From positions 1 through 51,974 of the forward strand of contig CASDZZ010000005.1 in the NCBI GenBank assembly GCA_949285875.1: a stretch of DNA of 51,974 nt, read 5' to 3'. Positions 1-8,683 of this stretch are shown one piece after another; position 1 is the stretch's first letter, and each line of letters opens with the position of its first letter. This stretch comes from an uncultured bacterium. GTDB lineage: Bacteria > Bacillota_I > Bacilli_A > RF39 > UBA660. The position numbers and the translations under genes are program-made. The notes under the pieces were generated by a model. That model had not been told where the DNA came from, did not search any database, and was given only the letters and a program-made list of their open reading frames with translations.

Positions 1-40
1 AAAATACCTCCTTCAATGACAAATAAACTGCTTGGAAGGT

Positions 41-69
41 ATTATACAGTTATAAATCTTATTGCACAA
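41..69 (-). promoter_or_regulatory. sigmaA-type promoter for an unseen minus-strand gene starting just outside the window
   Basis: Minus strand TTGTGC-17 nt-TATAAT, followed by SD AAGGAGGT (positions 13..6) pointing off the left edge. Confidence 0.6.
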
Positions 70-154
70 CTTCTGTGCACTTCTTTTTTTAAAATACATC
101 TTGTAAAATACCGAAACTCAAATTTTTAGTCTTCTTTTCTTTTAATAAAAACTG

Positions 155-163
155 TGATATAAT
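155..163 (+). promoter_or_regulatory. Extended -10 promoter of the rplI-dnaB operon
   Basis: TGaTATAAT, then SD AAAGGAG before ATG 200. Confidence 0.55.
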
Positions 164-199
164 ACATACAAGTCTGATTTCTTAAGAAAGGAGCTTACT

Positions 200-640
200 A
201 TGAAAGTTATATTTATAAAAGATGTTAAAGGACAAGGCAAAAGTGGCGATATTAAAGAAGTTAAAGATGGATATGGACAAAATTTTTTAATTAGAAATGG
301 ATATGCAGTAGCATACACGTCTAGAAGTAAAGAAATTTTAGATATAAATAATAAGCAAAAAGCATTAGAAGAACAAAAAGAAATAGAAAAATGTAACAAA
401 ATAAAAGATGAATTAAAAGATAAAATATTAATATTTAAAGTTAAAACAGGTAAAAATGATCAGGTTTTTGGAAGTATTTCAACAAAACAAATTTTTTCGG
501 AATTAGAAAAATTAGGATACAAAATAGATAAGAAGAAAATTATTATTGATGAACCCATAAGTTCTTTGGGATATCATGAGGTTAAAATAAATTTACATAA
601 GAATATTGAGGTAAAAATTAAAATCCAATTAATTAAATAA
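200..640 (+). CDS. rplI: 50S ribosomal protein bL9
   Basis: MKVIFIKDVKGQGKSGDIKEVKDGYGQNFLI N-terminus, FGSIS motif; adjacent to dnaB. Confidence 0.98.
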   Translation: MKVIFIKDVKGQGKSGDIKEVKDGYGQNFLIRNGYAVAYTSRSKEILDINNKQKALEEQKEIEKCNKIKDELKDKILIFKVKTGKNDQVFGSISTKQIFSELEKLGYKIDKKKIIIDEPISSLGYHEVKINLHKNIEVKIKIQLIK

Positions 641-656
641 AAAAAGGAGTGATAAA

Positions 657-2000
657 ATGGCAGAAAGAAAAATACCTAATAATTTAGAAGCTGAAAAGGC
701 TGTTTTGGGCGCTGCCTTTTTATCAAAGCAGGCTCTTCAAAAAATCTGTGATGAATTATCTGAAGAGTCTTTTTATAGTGAAGCAAATTCAAAGATTTTT
801 AGTGTTTTATATGAATTAAATAGTCAATCAATTCCTGTTGATATGGCTATAGTAACAAACAGACTTAATGATAAAAAAATTCTTACGCAAGTTGGTAATG
901 TAGAATACTTGTCAGAAGTTATCGACTCTGTTCCTTCAGCTGCCAATGTAGAGTATTACATAAATATAGTAAAAGAAAAAATGATTGGAAGAAAAATTAT
1001 AGAGACAGCGGAGGATATTGCAAATGAAGCTTATATCTCAGAAGATTCTGTGTATGATGTTCTAGATAGTGCCGAGATGAAAATGTTAAGAATCGGTAAC
1101 ATGAGAAAAACTACTGAGTTTCAAAAAATTCAAGATGTTGCTTACCGTGAACAGGCTAACTTAGAAAAACTAGCGGAACAGGGTTCTGAAATAACTGGGT
1201 TAGCAACAGGATTTTTTGAATTTGATAAATTAACAGCAGGGTTACAACCTAATCAATTTATTATTATAGCAGCAAGACCTGCTATGGGAAAAACAGCATT
1301 TGCTCTTAATCTAGCTACTTATGCCGCCATGCATAGTAAAAAGGCGGTAGCTTTATTTAACTTGGAAATGAGTGCAGAACAATTAGCTAATAGAATTTTA
1401 CAGTCATTAGGTCAAATAAATGGTTCAAAAATGCGTACAGGTCGCTTAGAGCATAATGATTGGAAAAGACTTAATGAAGCGATTAGCCAACTTTCAACTA
1501 CAAATTTATTTTTAGATGATACACCTGGTTTAACAATTGGTGAGATAAGATCTAAATGTAGAAGATTAGCTAACTCAGAAAATGGGTTAGGTCTTGTTTT
1601 AATTGATTATTTACAGCTAATTTCAGGACCATCTAAATTATCAAATAATAGGCAGCAAGAAGTTTCTGAAATATCTAGAAGTTTAAAAACAATGGCTCTT
1701 GAACTCAAAGTTCCTGTAATAGCTTTAGCACAACTTTCTCGTGCTGTTGAATCAAGAGAGGATAAAAGACCTATTATGAGTGATTTAAGAGAATCTGGAT
1801 CTATAGAGCAAGATGCAGATATTGTCTCATTCTTATATAGAGATGATTATTATAATAAGGAATCACGCAGAGATGATAATGCTAGTATTACTGAATTTAT
1901 CATAGGTAAAAATAGAAGTGGTCCTACAACTACTATAGAATTATTATTTAGAAAGGATACAAGTACTTTTGTTAATTTTCAGAGGGAAAGCGGTGAATAA
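657..2000 (+). CDS. dnaB: Replicative DNA helicase (DnaB family; DnaC in B. subtilis naming), no intein
   Basis: ARPAMGKT Walker A, IDYLQL, QLSRAVESREDKRPIMSDLRESGSIEQDAD, KNRSG. Confidence 0.98.
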   Translation: MAERKIPNNLEAEKAVLGAAFLSKQALQKICDELSEESFYSEANSKIFSVLYELNSQSIPVDMAIVTNRLNDKKILTQVGNVEYLSEVIDSVPSAANVEYYINIVKEKMIGRKIIETAEDIANEAYISEDSVYDVLDSAEMKMLRIGNMRKTTEFQKIQDVAYREQANLEKLAEQGSEITGLATGFFEFDKLTAGLQPNQFIIIAARPAMGKTAFALNLATYAAMHSKKAVALFNLEMSAEQLANRILQSLGQINGSKMRTGRLEHNDWKRLNEAISQLSTTNLFLDDTPGLTIGEIRSKCRRLANSENGLGLVLIDYLQLISGPSKLSNNRQQEVSEISRSLKTMALELKVPVIALAQLSRAVESREDKRPIMSDLRESGSIEQDADIVSFLYRDDYYNKESRRDDNASITEFIIGKNRSGPTTTIELLFRKDTSTFVNFQRESGE

Positions 2001-2002
2001 AT

Positions 2003-3484
2003 ATGTTTAAAGTAATTAAAGAGGGGTTAATTTATACTTTATCAATAATAATAGCTTTAACTATAGTTTTATTAGTAGATTTTGCTCATAAATTTCAACT
2101 TTCACCTAAAGAAGTTTATAGGGTTTATCTAGATGGTAAAGTAATAGGTAATATAAATGATAAACAAGAATTAGAAGACTATATTAATGAAGAACAAAAA
2201 GACATTAAAGAAAAATATGATGTTAACAAGGTTTATATACCAACTGGAGTTGATATTCAAAAATATACTACTTATGAAAAAGAAGTATTAACAGCTAAAC
2301 AAGTTCATAATCTTATTAAAGAAGAGAAACCATTTACTGTTAAAGGTTATAAAATTACGTTAAAATCTAATAATGAAGAAGAAGGGGATATAGAAATTAA
2401 TGTTTTAAACAAAGAAATGTTTGATAGAGCTTTGAGAACTGTTGTAGAAGCTTTTGTTACGGCTGAAGATGTCAAAAATTATGAAGAAGATACACAGGCT
2501 GAAATAAAGGATACCGGTTCAATCATAGAAAACATTTACATTGACCAAAAAATTACTATAAAGGAAGGTTATATCTCTGCTGATGAAGAAATATTTACAG
2601 ATGAAAAGGCTCTAACAAAATATTTATTATTTGGAGAAGTTAAAGAGGACCAATATTACACAGTAAAAGAAGGAGATACTATAGAATCTATAGCATATGA
2701 TCATAAATTAGCTACAGCAGAATTCTTAGTAGTTAATCCTGAATTTAATAGTTCAAACAGTGTACTATCTGTAGGACAACAAGTAAAAGTAGGTCTTATA
2801 AATCCTATTGTAGATGTAGTAGCAGAGACTCATACGGTTTTAGACCAAGAAAAACAATTTGAAACTGAAACTCAATATGATTCTTCAATGTGGGCTGGAA
2901 CAGAGAAAGTTGTAGTGGAAGGAAAAAATGGTGTTGATAGGTTAACTGCTAAAATTAAAACAGTAAACGGTGAGACTAACAACGTTTTAATTGTGAATAC
3001 TACTAATATAGTTCCAGCTATTAACAAGGTTGTTAAGGTAGGAACAAAAACAGCTTCTGGAAATTATGATCCTTCGGCTATTTCAAATGGGAAGTGGGTA
3101 TGGCCTACGATTTCACAATATTACATATCTAGTTACTTTGGATACCGCTGGGGTAAGATTCATGAAGCTATTGATATTGCAGGTAGTGGTGAAGGTTCAC
3201 CTATATTTGCTGCTGGAGCTGGTACTGTAGTAACGGCGAAGAAAAATGCTCCAAGTTTGGGTAACTATGTTACAATTAATCATAATAATGGTTATTATAC
3301 TATATATGCTCATATGAAATTTTTGACCGTAAAAGAGGGTCAAACTGTATCAGCCGGACAGCAAATTGGGGGAATGGGTCATACAGGTTTTGCAACAGGA
3401 ACACATTTGCATTTTGGATTGTATAGAGGTGGAATGCCATACAGAGATGGAACACCTTTAGATCCACTTAGTTTATATAGATAA
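2003..3484 (+). CDS. Membrane-anchored peptidoglycan endopeptidase, LysM + G5 + M23
   Basis: N-terminal TM; LysM YTVKEGDTIESIA; G5-like ETETQYDSSMWAGTEKVVVEGKNG; M23 HEAID, YAHM, HLHF. Confidence 0.92.
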   Translation: MFKVIKEGLIYTLSIIIALTIVLLVDFAHKFQLSPKEVYRVYLDGKVIGNINDKQELEDYINEEQKDIKEKYDVNKVYIPTGVDIQKYTTYEKEVLTAKQVHNLIKEEKPFTVKGYKITLKSNNEEEGDIEINVLNKEMFDRALRTVVEAFVTAEDVKNYEEDTQAEIKDTGSIIENIYIDQKITIKEGYISADEEIFTDEKALTKYLLFGEVKEDQYYTVKEGDTIESIAYDHKLATAEFLVVNPEFNSSNSVLSVGQQVKVGLINPIVDVVAETHTVLDQEKQFETETQYDSSMWAGTEKVVVEGKNGVDRLTAKIKTVNGETNNVLIVNTTNIVPAINKVVKVGTKTASGNYDPSAISNGKWVWPTISQYYISSYFGYRWGKIHEAIDIAGSGEGSPIFAAGAGTVVTAKKNAPSLGNYVTINHNNGYYTIYAHMKFLTVKEGQTVSAGQQIGGMGHTGFATGTHLHFGLYRGGMPYRDGTPLDPLSLYR

Positions 3485-4251
3485 TGAAAGTTTCAGTATT
3501 ATCAAGTGGTAGTAAAGGGAATTGTACCCTTATAGAAGAAGGTGACACCAGGATCTTAGTTGATCTTGGTGTTACAAAGTCGTATGTTGAAAGTAGATTA
3601 AGAGAATTGCAAGTGGAACCTGAAGAAATAAATGCTATACTTATAACACACACCCACGTGGATCATATACAAGGTTTAAAGTTTTTTTTGAAAAAGTACA
3701 AAACAACGCTATATGTAAATAAAATAATTTATAAAATATTAAGGGAGCAATTAGAAGATTTTTCTTATAAAATTTATGAAGAAAGTTCTTTTGATATTGA
3801 TGATCTTAATATAAAAGTGATAAAAACATCTCATGATGTAAAGGGCTCTGTGGGATTTATTATTAAAGGTAAAAAAGAATCAATAGTTTATATTACAGAT
3901 ACCGGCTATATAAATAATAAATATTTTGAGTTATTAAAAAATCATAATTTATATGTTATTGAAAGCAATCATGATGTAGAAATGTTAATGAACGGAAAAT
4001 ACCCTTTTAATCTAAAAAAAAGGATTTTAGGAAATAAAGGACATCTATCAAATTGTGATACAGCTTACTATTTATCTGAATTTATAGGTCCTAGAACTAC
4101 AACGGTTATTTTAGCCCATGTAAGTTTGGATAATAACACTTATGAAGTTGCTTTAGAAACTGTAAAACAAATACTTGCTTCTAAAAATATAAAAGTAAAT
4201 AAATATATTGTAGCAAAACAAAAAGAAAGAACGGAATTAATAGAAGTATGA
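3484..4251 (+). CDS. walJ: MBL-fold metallo-hydrolase WalJ/YycJ
   Basis: LSSGSKGN, THTHVDH, TSHD, TDTGY, ESNHD, GHLSN, LAHVS; position upstream of rlmH. Confidence 0.88.
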   Translation: MKVSVLSSGSKGNCTLIEEGDTRILVDLGVTKSYVESRLRELQVEPEEINAILITHTHVDHIQGLKFFLKKYKTTLYVNKIIYKILREQLEDFSYKIYEESSFDIDDLNIKVIKTSHDVKGSVGFIIKGKKESIVYITDTGYINNKYFELLKNHNLYVIESNHDVEMLMNGKYPFNLKKRILGNKGHLSNCDTAYYLSEFIGPRTTTVILAHVSLDNNTYEVALETVKQILASKNIKVNKYIVAKQKERTELIEV

Positions 4252-4694
4252 TAAAAATAATATGTGTTGGTAAAATAAAAGAAAAATACTTTCAAGAAGC
4301 TATAAAAGAGTATGAAAAAAGATTAAAAAAATATATTAATATAAATATAGTTGAATTACCAGATTATAATTTTGATACAGCTAAAACTATATTAGAGGAG
4401 GGTAAAAGTATTTTATCTAAAATAACTTCTAAAGACTATGTTGTAGCATTAGATATAAATGGTAAAAAATTTGATTCTTTGAATTTCTCTAAATTTGTTG
4501 ATATTAATTTGCCTAACAATTTAACTTTTATAATAGGTGGTTCTTATGGATTATCAAAAGAAGTCTTAAAAAGAGCTAATAGTTTGATATCTTTTTCTGA
4601 CCTAACCTTTCCACATCAATTGTTTAGGGTGATTTTACTTGAGCAAATATATAGGGCTTTTAAAATTATAAAAAATGAATCTTATCACAAATGA
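4248..4694 (+). CDS. rlmH: 23S rRNA pseudouridine1915-N3 methyltransferase
   Basis: VGKIKE, FIIGGSYG, LTFPHQLFRVILLEQIYRAFKI, YHK end. Confidence 0.97.
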   Translation: MIKIICVGKIKEKYFQEAIKEYEKRLKKYININIVELPDYNFDTAKTILEEGKSILSKITSKDYVVALDINGKKFDSLNFSKFVDINLPNNLTFIIGGSYGLSKEVLKRANSLISFSDLTFPHQLFRVILLEQIYRAFKIIKNESYHK

Positions 4695-4758
4695 GATTCA
4701 TTTTTTATGTATATTTATAAAATTTATTTATCATGTTATAATTTTAAAGGAGGTAATG

Positions 4759-5409
4759 ATGTTTAAAAATAGTTGGGATGAGATTTTAAAAGATGAGTTT
4801 AATAAGAGTTACTTTAATCACATTAAAAACTTTATTAAAGAAGAGCGTAAGGAAAAAATAATTTTTCCTGTAGCTAATGATTTATTTAATGCTTTTAAAT
4901 TAACAGATTTTAAAAATATAAAAGTTGTTATATTAGGCCAGGATCCTTATCATGGTGAAAAAGAAGCAATGGGCTTATCTTTTTCTGTAAGAAAAGGGGT
5001 AAGAACGCCTCCTTCTTTAAGAAATATTTTCAAGGAATTAAAAGATGACTTAGGTGTGGAAAGAACTGAAGCAGATTTATCAGATTGGGCGAAGCAAGGC
5101 GTTTTTTTGCTTAATACAGTACTTACAGTGGAAAAAGATAAAGCTAATTCTCACAAAGACATTGGCTGGGAAATTTTTACTGATTTTGTTATAAAACAAA
5201 TTAATGAAAAGCTAGATAATGTTGTGTTTATTTTATGGGGAAGACAAGCAAGGGACAAGAAAAAGATTATAACAAATCCTAATCATTATATTATAGAGTC
5301 AGCCCACCCTTCACCATTATCTGCATACAACGGTTTTTTTGGTAGCAAACCTTTTTCTAAAGCCAATAATTATTTAAAAAAACATAATAAGGAAATAATT
5401 AAATTTTAA
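4759..5409 (+). CDS. ung: Uracil-DNA glycosylase family 1 (start moved to the ATG after the SD)
   Basis: GQDPYH, PPSL, LLN, HPSPLS; SD AAGGAGG at 4747-4753. Confidence 0.97.
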   Translation: MFKNSWDEILKDEFNKSYFNHIKNFIKEERKEKIIFPVANDLFNAFKLTDFKNIKVVILGQDPYHGEKEAMGLSFSVRKGVRTPPSLRNIFKELKDDLGVERTEADLSDWAKQGVFLLNTVLTVEKDKANSHKDIGWEIFTDFVIKQINEKLDNVVFILWGRQARDKKKIITNPNHYIIESAHPSPLSAYNGFFGSKPFSKANNYLKKHNKEIIKF

Positions 5410-5430
5410 AACCCGCTACATGCGGGTTTT
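5408..5430. terminator. Bidirectional intrinsic terminator between ung and the lemA-like gene
   Basis: AAAACCCGC-TACAT-GCGGGTTTT. Confidence 0.85.
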
Positions 5431-5431
5431 G

Positions 5432-5965
5432 TTAGTATTTAAAATCATTAAAATCTGAATCATTTATACTTTTTTTGTCAAAAAAAGATTTTTGTTTTCT
5501 TTTTCTAAAAAAAGAAATGATATTAATAGGAAAATTAGATATTATAGAATTATATTTTTGCGTATAATCATTATAAAATTCTTTATAAGCGTTTAATAAG
5601 TCTTCAGTATTAGATATAGCAAAGAATATTTTTTGAAAATCTTCATTTTTTTGAAGTTTTTTATATTTATCATAGATTAAATAAAATTCGTTAATATATA
5701 CTAATAATTTTCTGTCAAATTCAAGCATATTACTCTTGCAACTGTTTAATTTTTCAAGATTTTGAAATATTTCTTTATCAGTTTTTATTATTTGCTTTAT
5801 CGATTTTTCTGCGTCTTTTAACAACTCAAATCTTTTTATAAGGGTACTATTTATTTTTTCTTCTATATTATTTAAACTTATGACTATTAACGCTAAATTA
5901 TTTTTATAGTTTTTATACATAAAAACAAAAATGCATATTAGAATTACAATTAAAATTACATACAT
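5432..5965 (-). CDS. LemA-family membrane protein (divergent)
   Basis: N-terminal TM, KRFELL, C-terminal TEDLLNAYKEFYNDYTQKYNSIISNFPINII typical of LemA. Confidence 0.75.
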   Translation of the reverse strand: MYVILIVILICIFVFMYKNYKNNLALIVISLNNIEEKINSTLIKRFELLKDAEKSIKQIIKTDKEIFQNLEKLNSCKSNMLEFDRKLLVYINEFYLIYDKYKKLQKNEDFQKIFFAISNTEDLLNAYKEFYNDYTQKYNSIISNFPINIISFFRKRKQKSFFDKKSINDSDFNDFKY

Positions 5966-6021
5966 AATAACAACCTCTATTCTAGGATTGATTATAGCAA
6001 AATTAATATAATTTTACAATA

Positions 6022-6414
6022 TTAAATTTCAGGATAAAACTCTGGGTTATAATTTATCTTTTCCTCAAATTCAACATAATTAAGGTAGATTATAAGAAGT
6101 AAATACCATTTTCCGTTTTTAGGGTCACTTACTATTACATGATCTCTTCCTGCCGCTTCAATTATACCTGTAAAAGTTTTATCTCTCCACTCAACCGAAT
6201 CGGGAAAAGAAAAATAAAGAGTTGCTAATTTACCTTTGTTTAATCTTAATATATTTTCAATATAAGATTGTTCCATTGTTAATGGTATTTTACTATTTTT
6301 AATAATGTTTGTTTGACTTCCTTGATAATTTCCAGGCATTGATGCAACGCCATCCATCGCAGTATTTTGGTAGTCCCCATTATAAGAGGGCATAGAATAA
6401 TAATTTGAATTCAT
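6022..6414 (-). CDS. gerQ: Spore coat protein GerQ (start at the Met after the SD)
   Basis: EQSYIENILRLNKGK...GIIEAAGRDHVIVSDP...YLNYVEFEEKINY; near ung as in Bacillus. Confidence 0.93.
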   Translation of the reverse strand: MNSNYYSMPSYNGDYQNTAMDGVASMPGNYQGSQTNIIKNSKIPLTMEQSYIENILRLNKGKLATLYFSFPDSVEWRDKTFTGIIEAAGRDHVIVSDPKNGKWYLLLIIYLNYVEFEEKINYNPEFYPEI

Positions 6415-6442
6415 AATTTTCTCCTTTTTTTTAATACAATTA

Positions 6443-6471
6443 AACATATGATTGAAAAAAAATAAATATAC
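6443..6471 (-). promoter_or_regulatory. sigmaE-like promoter of gerQ
   Basis: gtATATT-14 nt-CATAtgtT; gerQ is sigmaE-dependent in B. subtilis. Confidence 0.6.
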
Positions 6472-6481
6472 ATGTTATAAT
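6452..6481 (+). promoter_or_regulatory. sigmaA promoter of pduL-femABX, overlapping the divergent gerQ promoter
   Basis: TTGAAA-18 nt-TATAAT with TG extended -10. Confidence 0.6.
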
Positions 6482-6503
6482 TATAAAGTTAGGAGATGAT
6501 AAA

Positions 6504-7070
6504 ATGAATGTAAATATAGGAGTTTCAGCAAGACATGTACATTTATCTCAAAAAGATTTAGAGGTTTTATTTGGAAAGGATTATTCGCTTACTGAGAAAG
6601 TTCCTTTATCACAGCCGGGTCAATATGCTTGTAATGAACAAGTTGTTTTAAAAGGTCCAAAAGGAAGTATAGAACGTGTTAGAATTTTAGGTCCAGTTAG
6701 AAGTGAGACTCAGGTAGAAATTTCTAAAACTGATTCTTTTGCTTTAGGTATAAAACCTCCTGTTAGAAATTCTGGGGATTTGGATGGAGCTAGTGAAATA
6801 ACTATAGTTGGTCCAAAAGGAGAAATAACGGTTAATGCAGCTATAATAGCTACAAGACATTTGCATGCAAGTAAAGAAGATGCTATTAAGTATGGTTTTG
6901 ATGGAAAAGAGTTTGTTTCATTAAAAATAGAAGGAGAAAAAGGTGGCGTTTTAGAAAATGTTTATGTTAGAATAAGTGATAAGTTTTCTTTAGAAGTACA
7001 TCTTGATACAGATGATGCAAATGCTTTTCTAATAAAAAATGGAGATCAGGGAAAAATAATCATAAAATAG
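6504..7070 (+). CDS. pduL: PduL-type phosphate acyltransferase, without encapsulation peptide
   Basis: GVSARHVHLS, LSQPGQYA, RILGPVR, QVEIS, RHLH, HLDTDDANA. Confidence 0.93.
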   Translation: MNVNIGVSARHVHLSQKDLEVLFGKDYSLTEKVPLSQPGQYACNEQVVLKGPKGSIERVRILGPVRSETQVEISKTDSFALGIKPPVRNSGDLDGASEITIVGPKGEITVNAAIIATRHLHASKEDAIKYGFDGKEFVSLKIEGEKGGVLENVYVRISDKFSLEVHLDTDDANAFLIKNGDQGKIIIK

Positions 7071-7084
7071 AAAAGGATGATTAT

Positions 7085-8329
7085 ATGAAATATGAGTTTA
7101 GGTCAGATATATCAGAAGAAGAATATGATAATTTTGTTTTGAACTTTCCTTCTACTTCTTTTATGCAAACTTCTTCCTGGGCTAAAGTTAAAAGAGCTTG
7201 GAAGAGTTATTATGTAGGAATATATCAAAACAAAAAACTGGTTTGTGCAGCAATGATATTAGAACGAAATTTATTTTTAGGAAAAAAATTATTTTACATT
7301 CCAAGAGGTTTTGTTATTGATTACTTAAACAATAAATTGTTAAAAGAATTCGTAAACAATTTAAAAAAATTTGCTAAAAATAAAGGTGCTATTGATATAA
7401 AAATAGATCCATTTATATGTTTTAGTGAAGAAAATATACAAACTATTAAAAAGAAAAAGGAAGTTAAAATAAGAAAAGCCTTTTCTTTAGACACAGAAAA
7501 AATAGATAGTAGTTTAAGAGCTGTAGGTTTTAAACATGCTGGTTATAAAAAAGAAGTTAATGCTTATATTCAGCCTAGATATACTATGGCTATATCACTT
7601 AGAGATGCTGATGATAATTTTTATGATAAAGAAGGTCTTAGGAGAACTTTTCCTAAAAACACTAGAAATTATATAGGTGCTTATCAAGGGGCAAGGGGTG
7701 TTGAATTTAGTTATTCAAAAGACAAAAATGATGTTTTAAAGCTAGTTGAAGTTTTAAATTGTACGGAAGAAAGACAACATATAAAACTTAGAAACGAAGA
7801 CTATTTTAAGAGCATTATGGAAAGGTTTCCGAATAACGCTGTTCTTTTCTTTGCTAGAATAAATATTGATAAATATCTTAACTTTTTAAAAAAAGATATG
7901 GAAACAAATGAAAGCAAGAAAGAATTTTGTGAAAAGCAAATAAAAGAAGCAGAAGAAATTAAAAAAGAATATGGTAATAAACCATTAGCTGGTGCAACAA
8001 TTGTTATGATGCCTACTTGCAATAGTGGAATTAAAACAGCATCTTTCCTATATGCTGGAACAAATACTAAAATATTGCCATCACTAAAAATAACTAATGG
8101 ACTAATGTTTTATAGATTATGTTATTGTTTGGATAATGGTTGCGATTATTGTGACTTGGGTGGTATAGATGGTTCTTTAGAAGATCATTTATCTACTTTT
8201 AAGTCTAAATTTAATCCAAACGTATTAGAACTAGTGGGGGAATATGATTTAATTATAAGTGATTTTTGGTATTTTTTGTTCAATTCGGCAATGGGTTTAA
8301 GAAAGTTTATAAGAAAGTTAAAAAAGTAG
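7085..8329 (+). CDS. FemABX/MurM-family tRNA-dependent peptidoglycan bridge aminoacyltransferase
   Basis: FMQTSSWAKVK, YIPRGFVIDY, KIDP, IQPR, YAG, DLGG, FKSKF, VGEYD. Confidence 0.9.
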   Translation: MKYEFRSDISEEEYDNFVLNFPSTSFMQTSSWAKVKRAWKSYYVGIYQNKKLVCAAMILERNLFLGKKLFYIPRGFVIDYLNNKLLKEFVNNLKKFAKNKGAIDIKIDPFICFSEENIQTIKKKKEVKIRKAFSLDTEKIDSSLRAVGFKHAGYKKEVNAYIQPRYTMAISLRDADDNFYDKEGLRRTFPKNTRNYIGAYQGARGVEFSYSKDKNDVLKLVEVLNCTEERQHIKLRNEDYFKSIMERFPNNAVLFFARINIDKYLNFLKKDMETNESKKEFCEKQIKEAEEIKKEYGNKPLAGATIVMMPTCNSGIKTASFLYAGTNTKILPSLKITNGLMFYRLCYCLDNGCDYCDLGGIDGSLEDHLSTFKSKFNPNVLELVGEYDLIISDFWYFLFNSAMGLRKFIRKLKK

Positions 8330-8350
8330 CTTATTTTGCTGCTTTTTGTT
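8321..8350 (+). terminator. Intrinsic terminator after femABX
   Basis: AAAAAGTAGC-loop-GCTGCTTTTT plus T-rich tail. Confidence 0.7.
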
Positions 8351-8423
8351 TTATTTTGTATAGAGGGTTTACCATAATGAAAAAGTATGATACAATATCT
8401 CTCACTCGGAAAGGGGGATAAAA

Positions 8424-8627
8424 ATGACTTTAAAAGTAACTCAAGCTGAATTATGGAAATTATTATTATCACAAGAAATAGATGAGCCAACATATAGAAG
8501 GCTTTCTGAAACTTTAGCTAGACAAGAACAAAAAAAGAAAACAAATTTTACTACATATTCAGACTCTAATAATAAGCCAAATACAAAAGTAGTTTATAGT
8601 AATATAAGAGTTAAAAGACGTTCATAA
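8424..8627 (+). CDS. Small hypothetical protein, 67 aa
   Basis: Own extended -10 (TGaTACAAT), SD GAAAGGGG and a downstream hairpin. Confidence 0.7.
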   Translation: MTLKVTQAELWKLLLSQEIDEPTYRRLSETLARQEQKKKTNFTTYSDSNNKPNTKVVYSNIRVKRRS

Positions 8628-8683
8628 AAAGAAGCTTTGAAATAGTTTCTTTTTATTATATAATAAATGACGGAAGTGATTAT

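Noticed and set aside
657-2000. Intein in DnaB
   Set aside because: Normal 447-aa length with contiguous motifs
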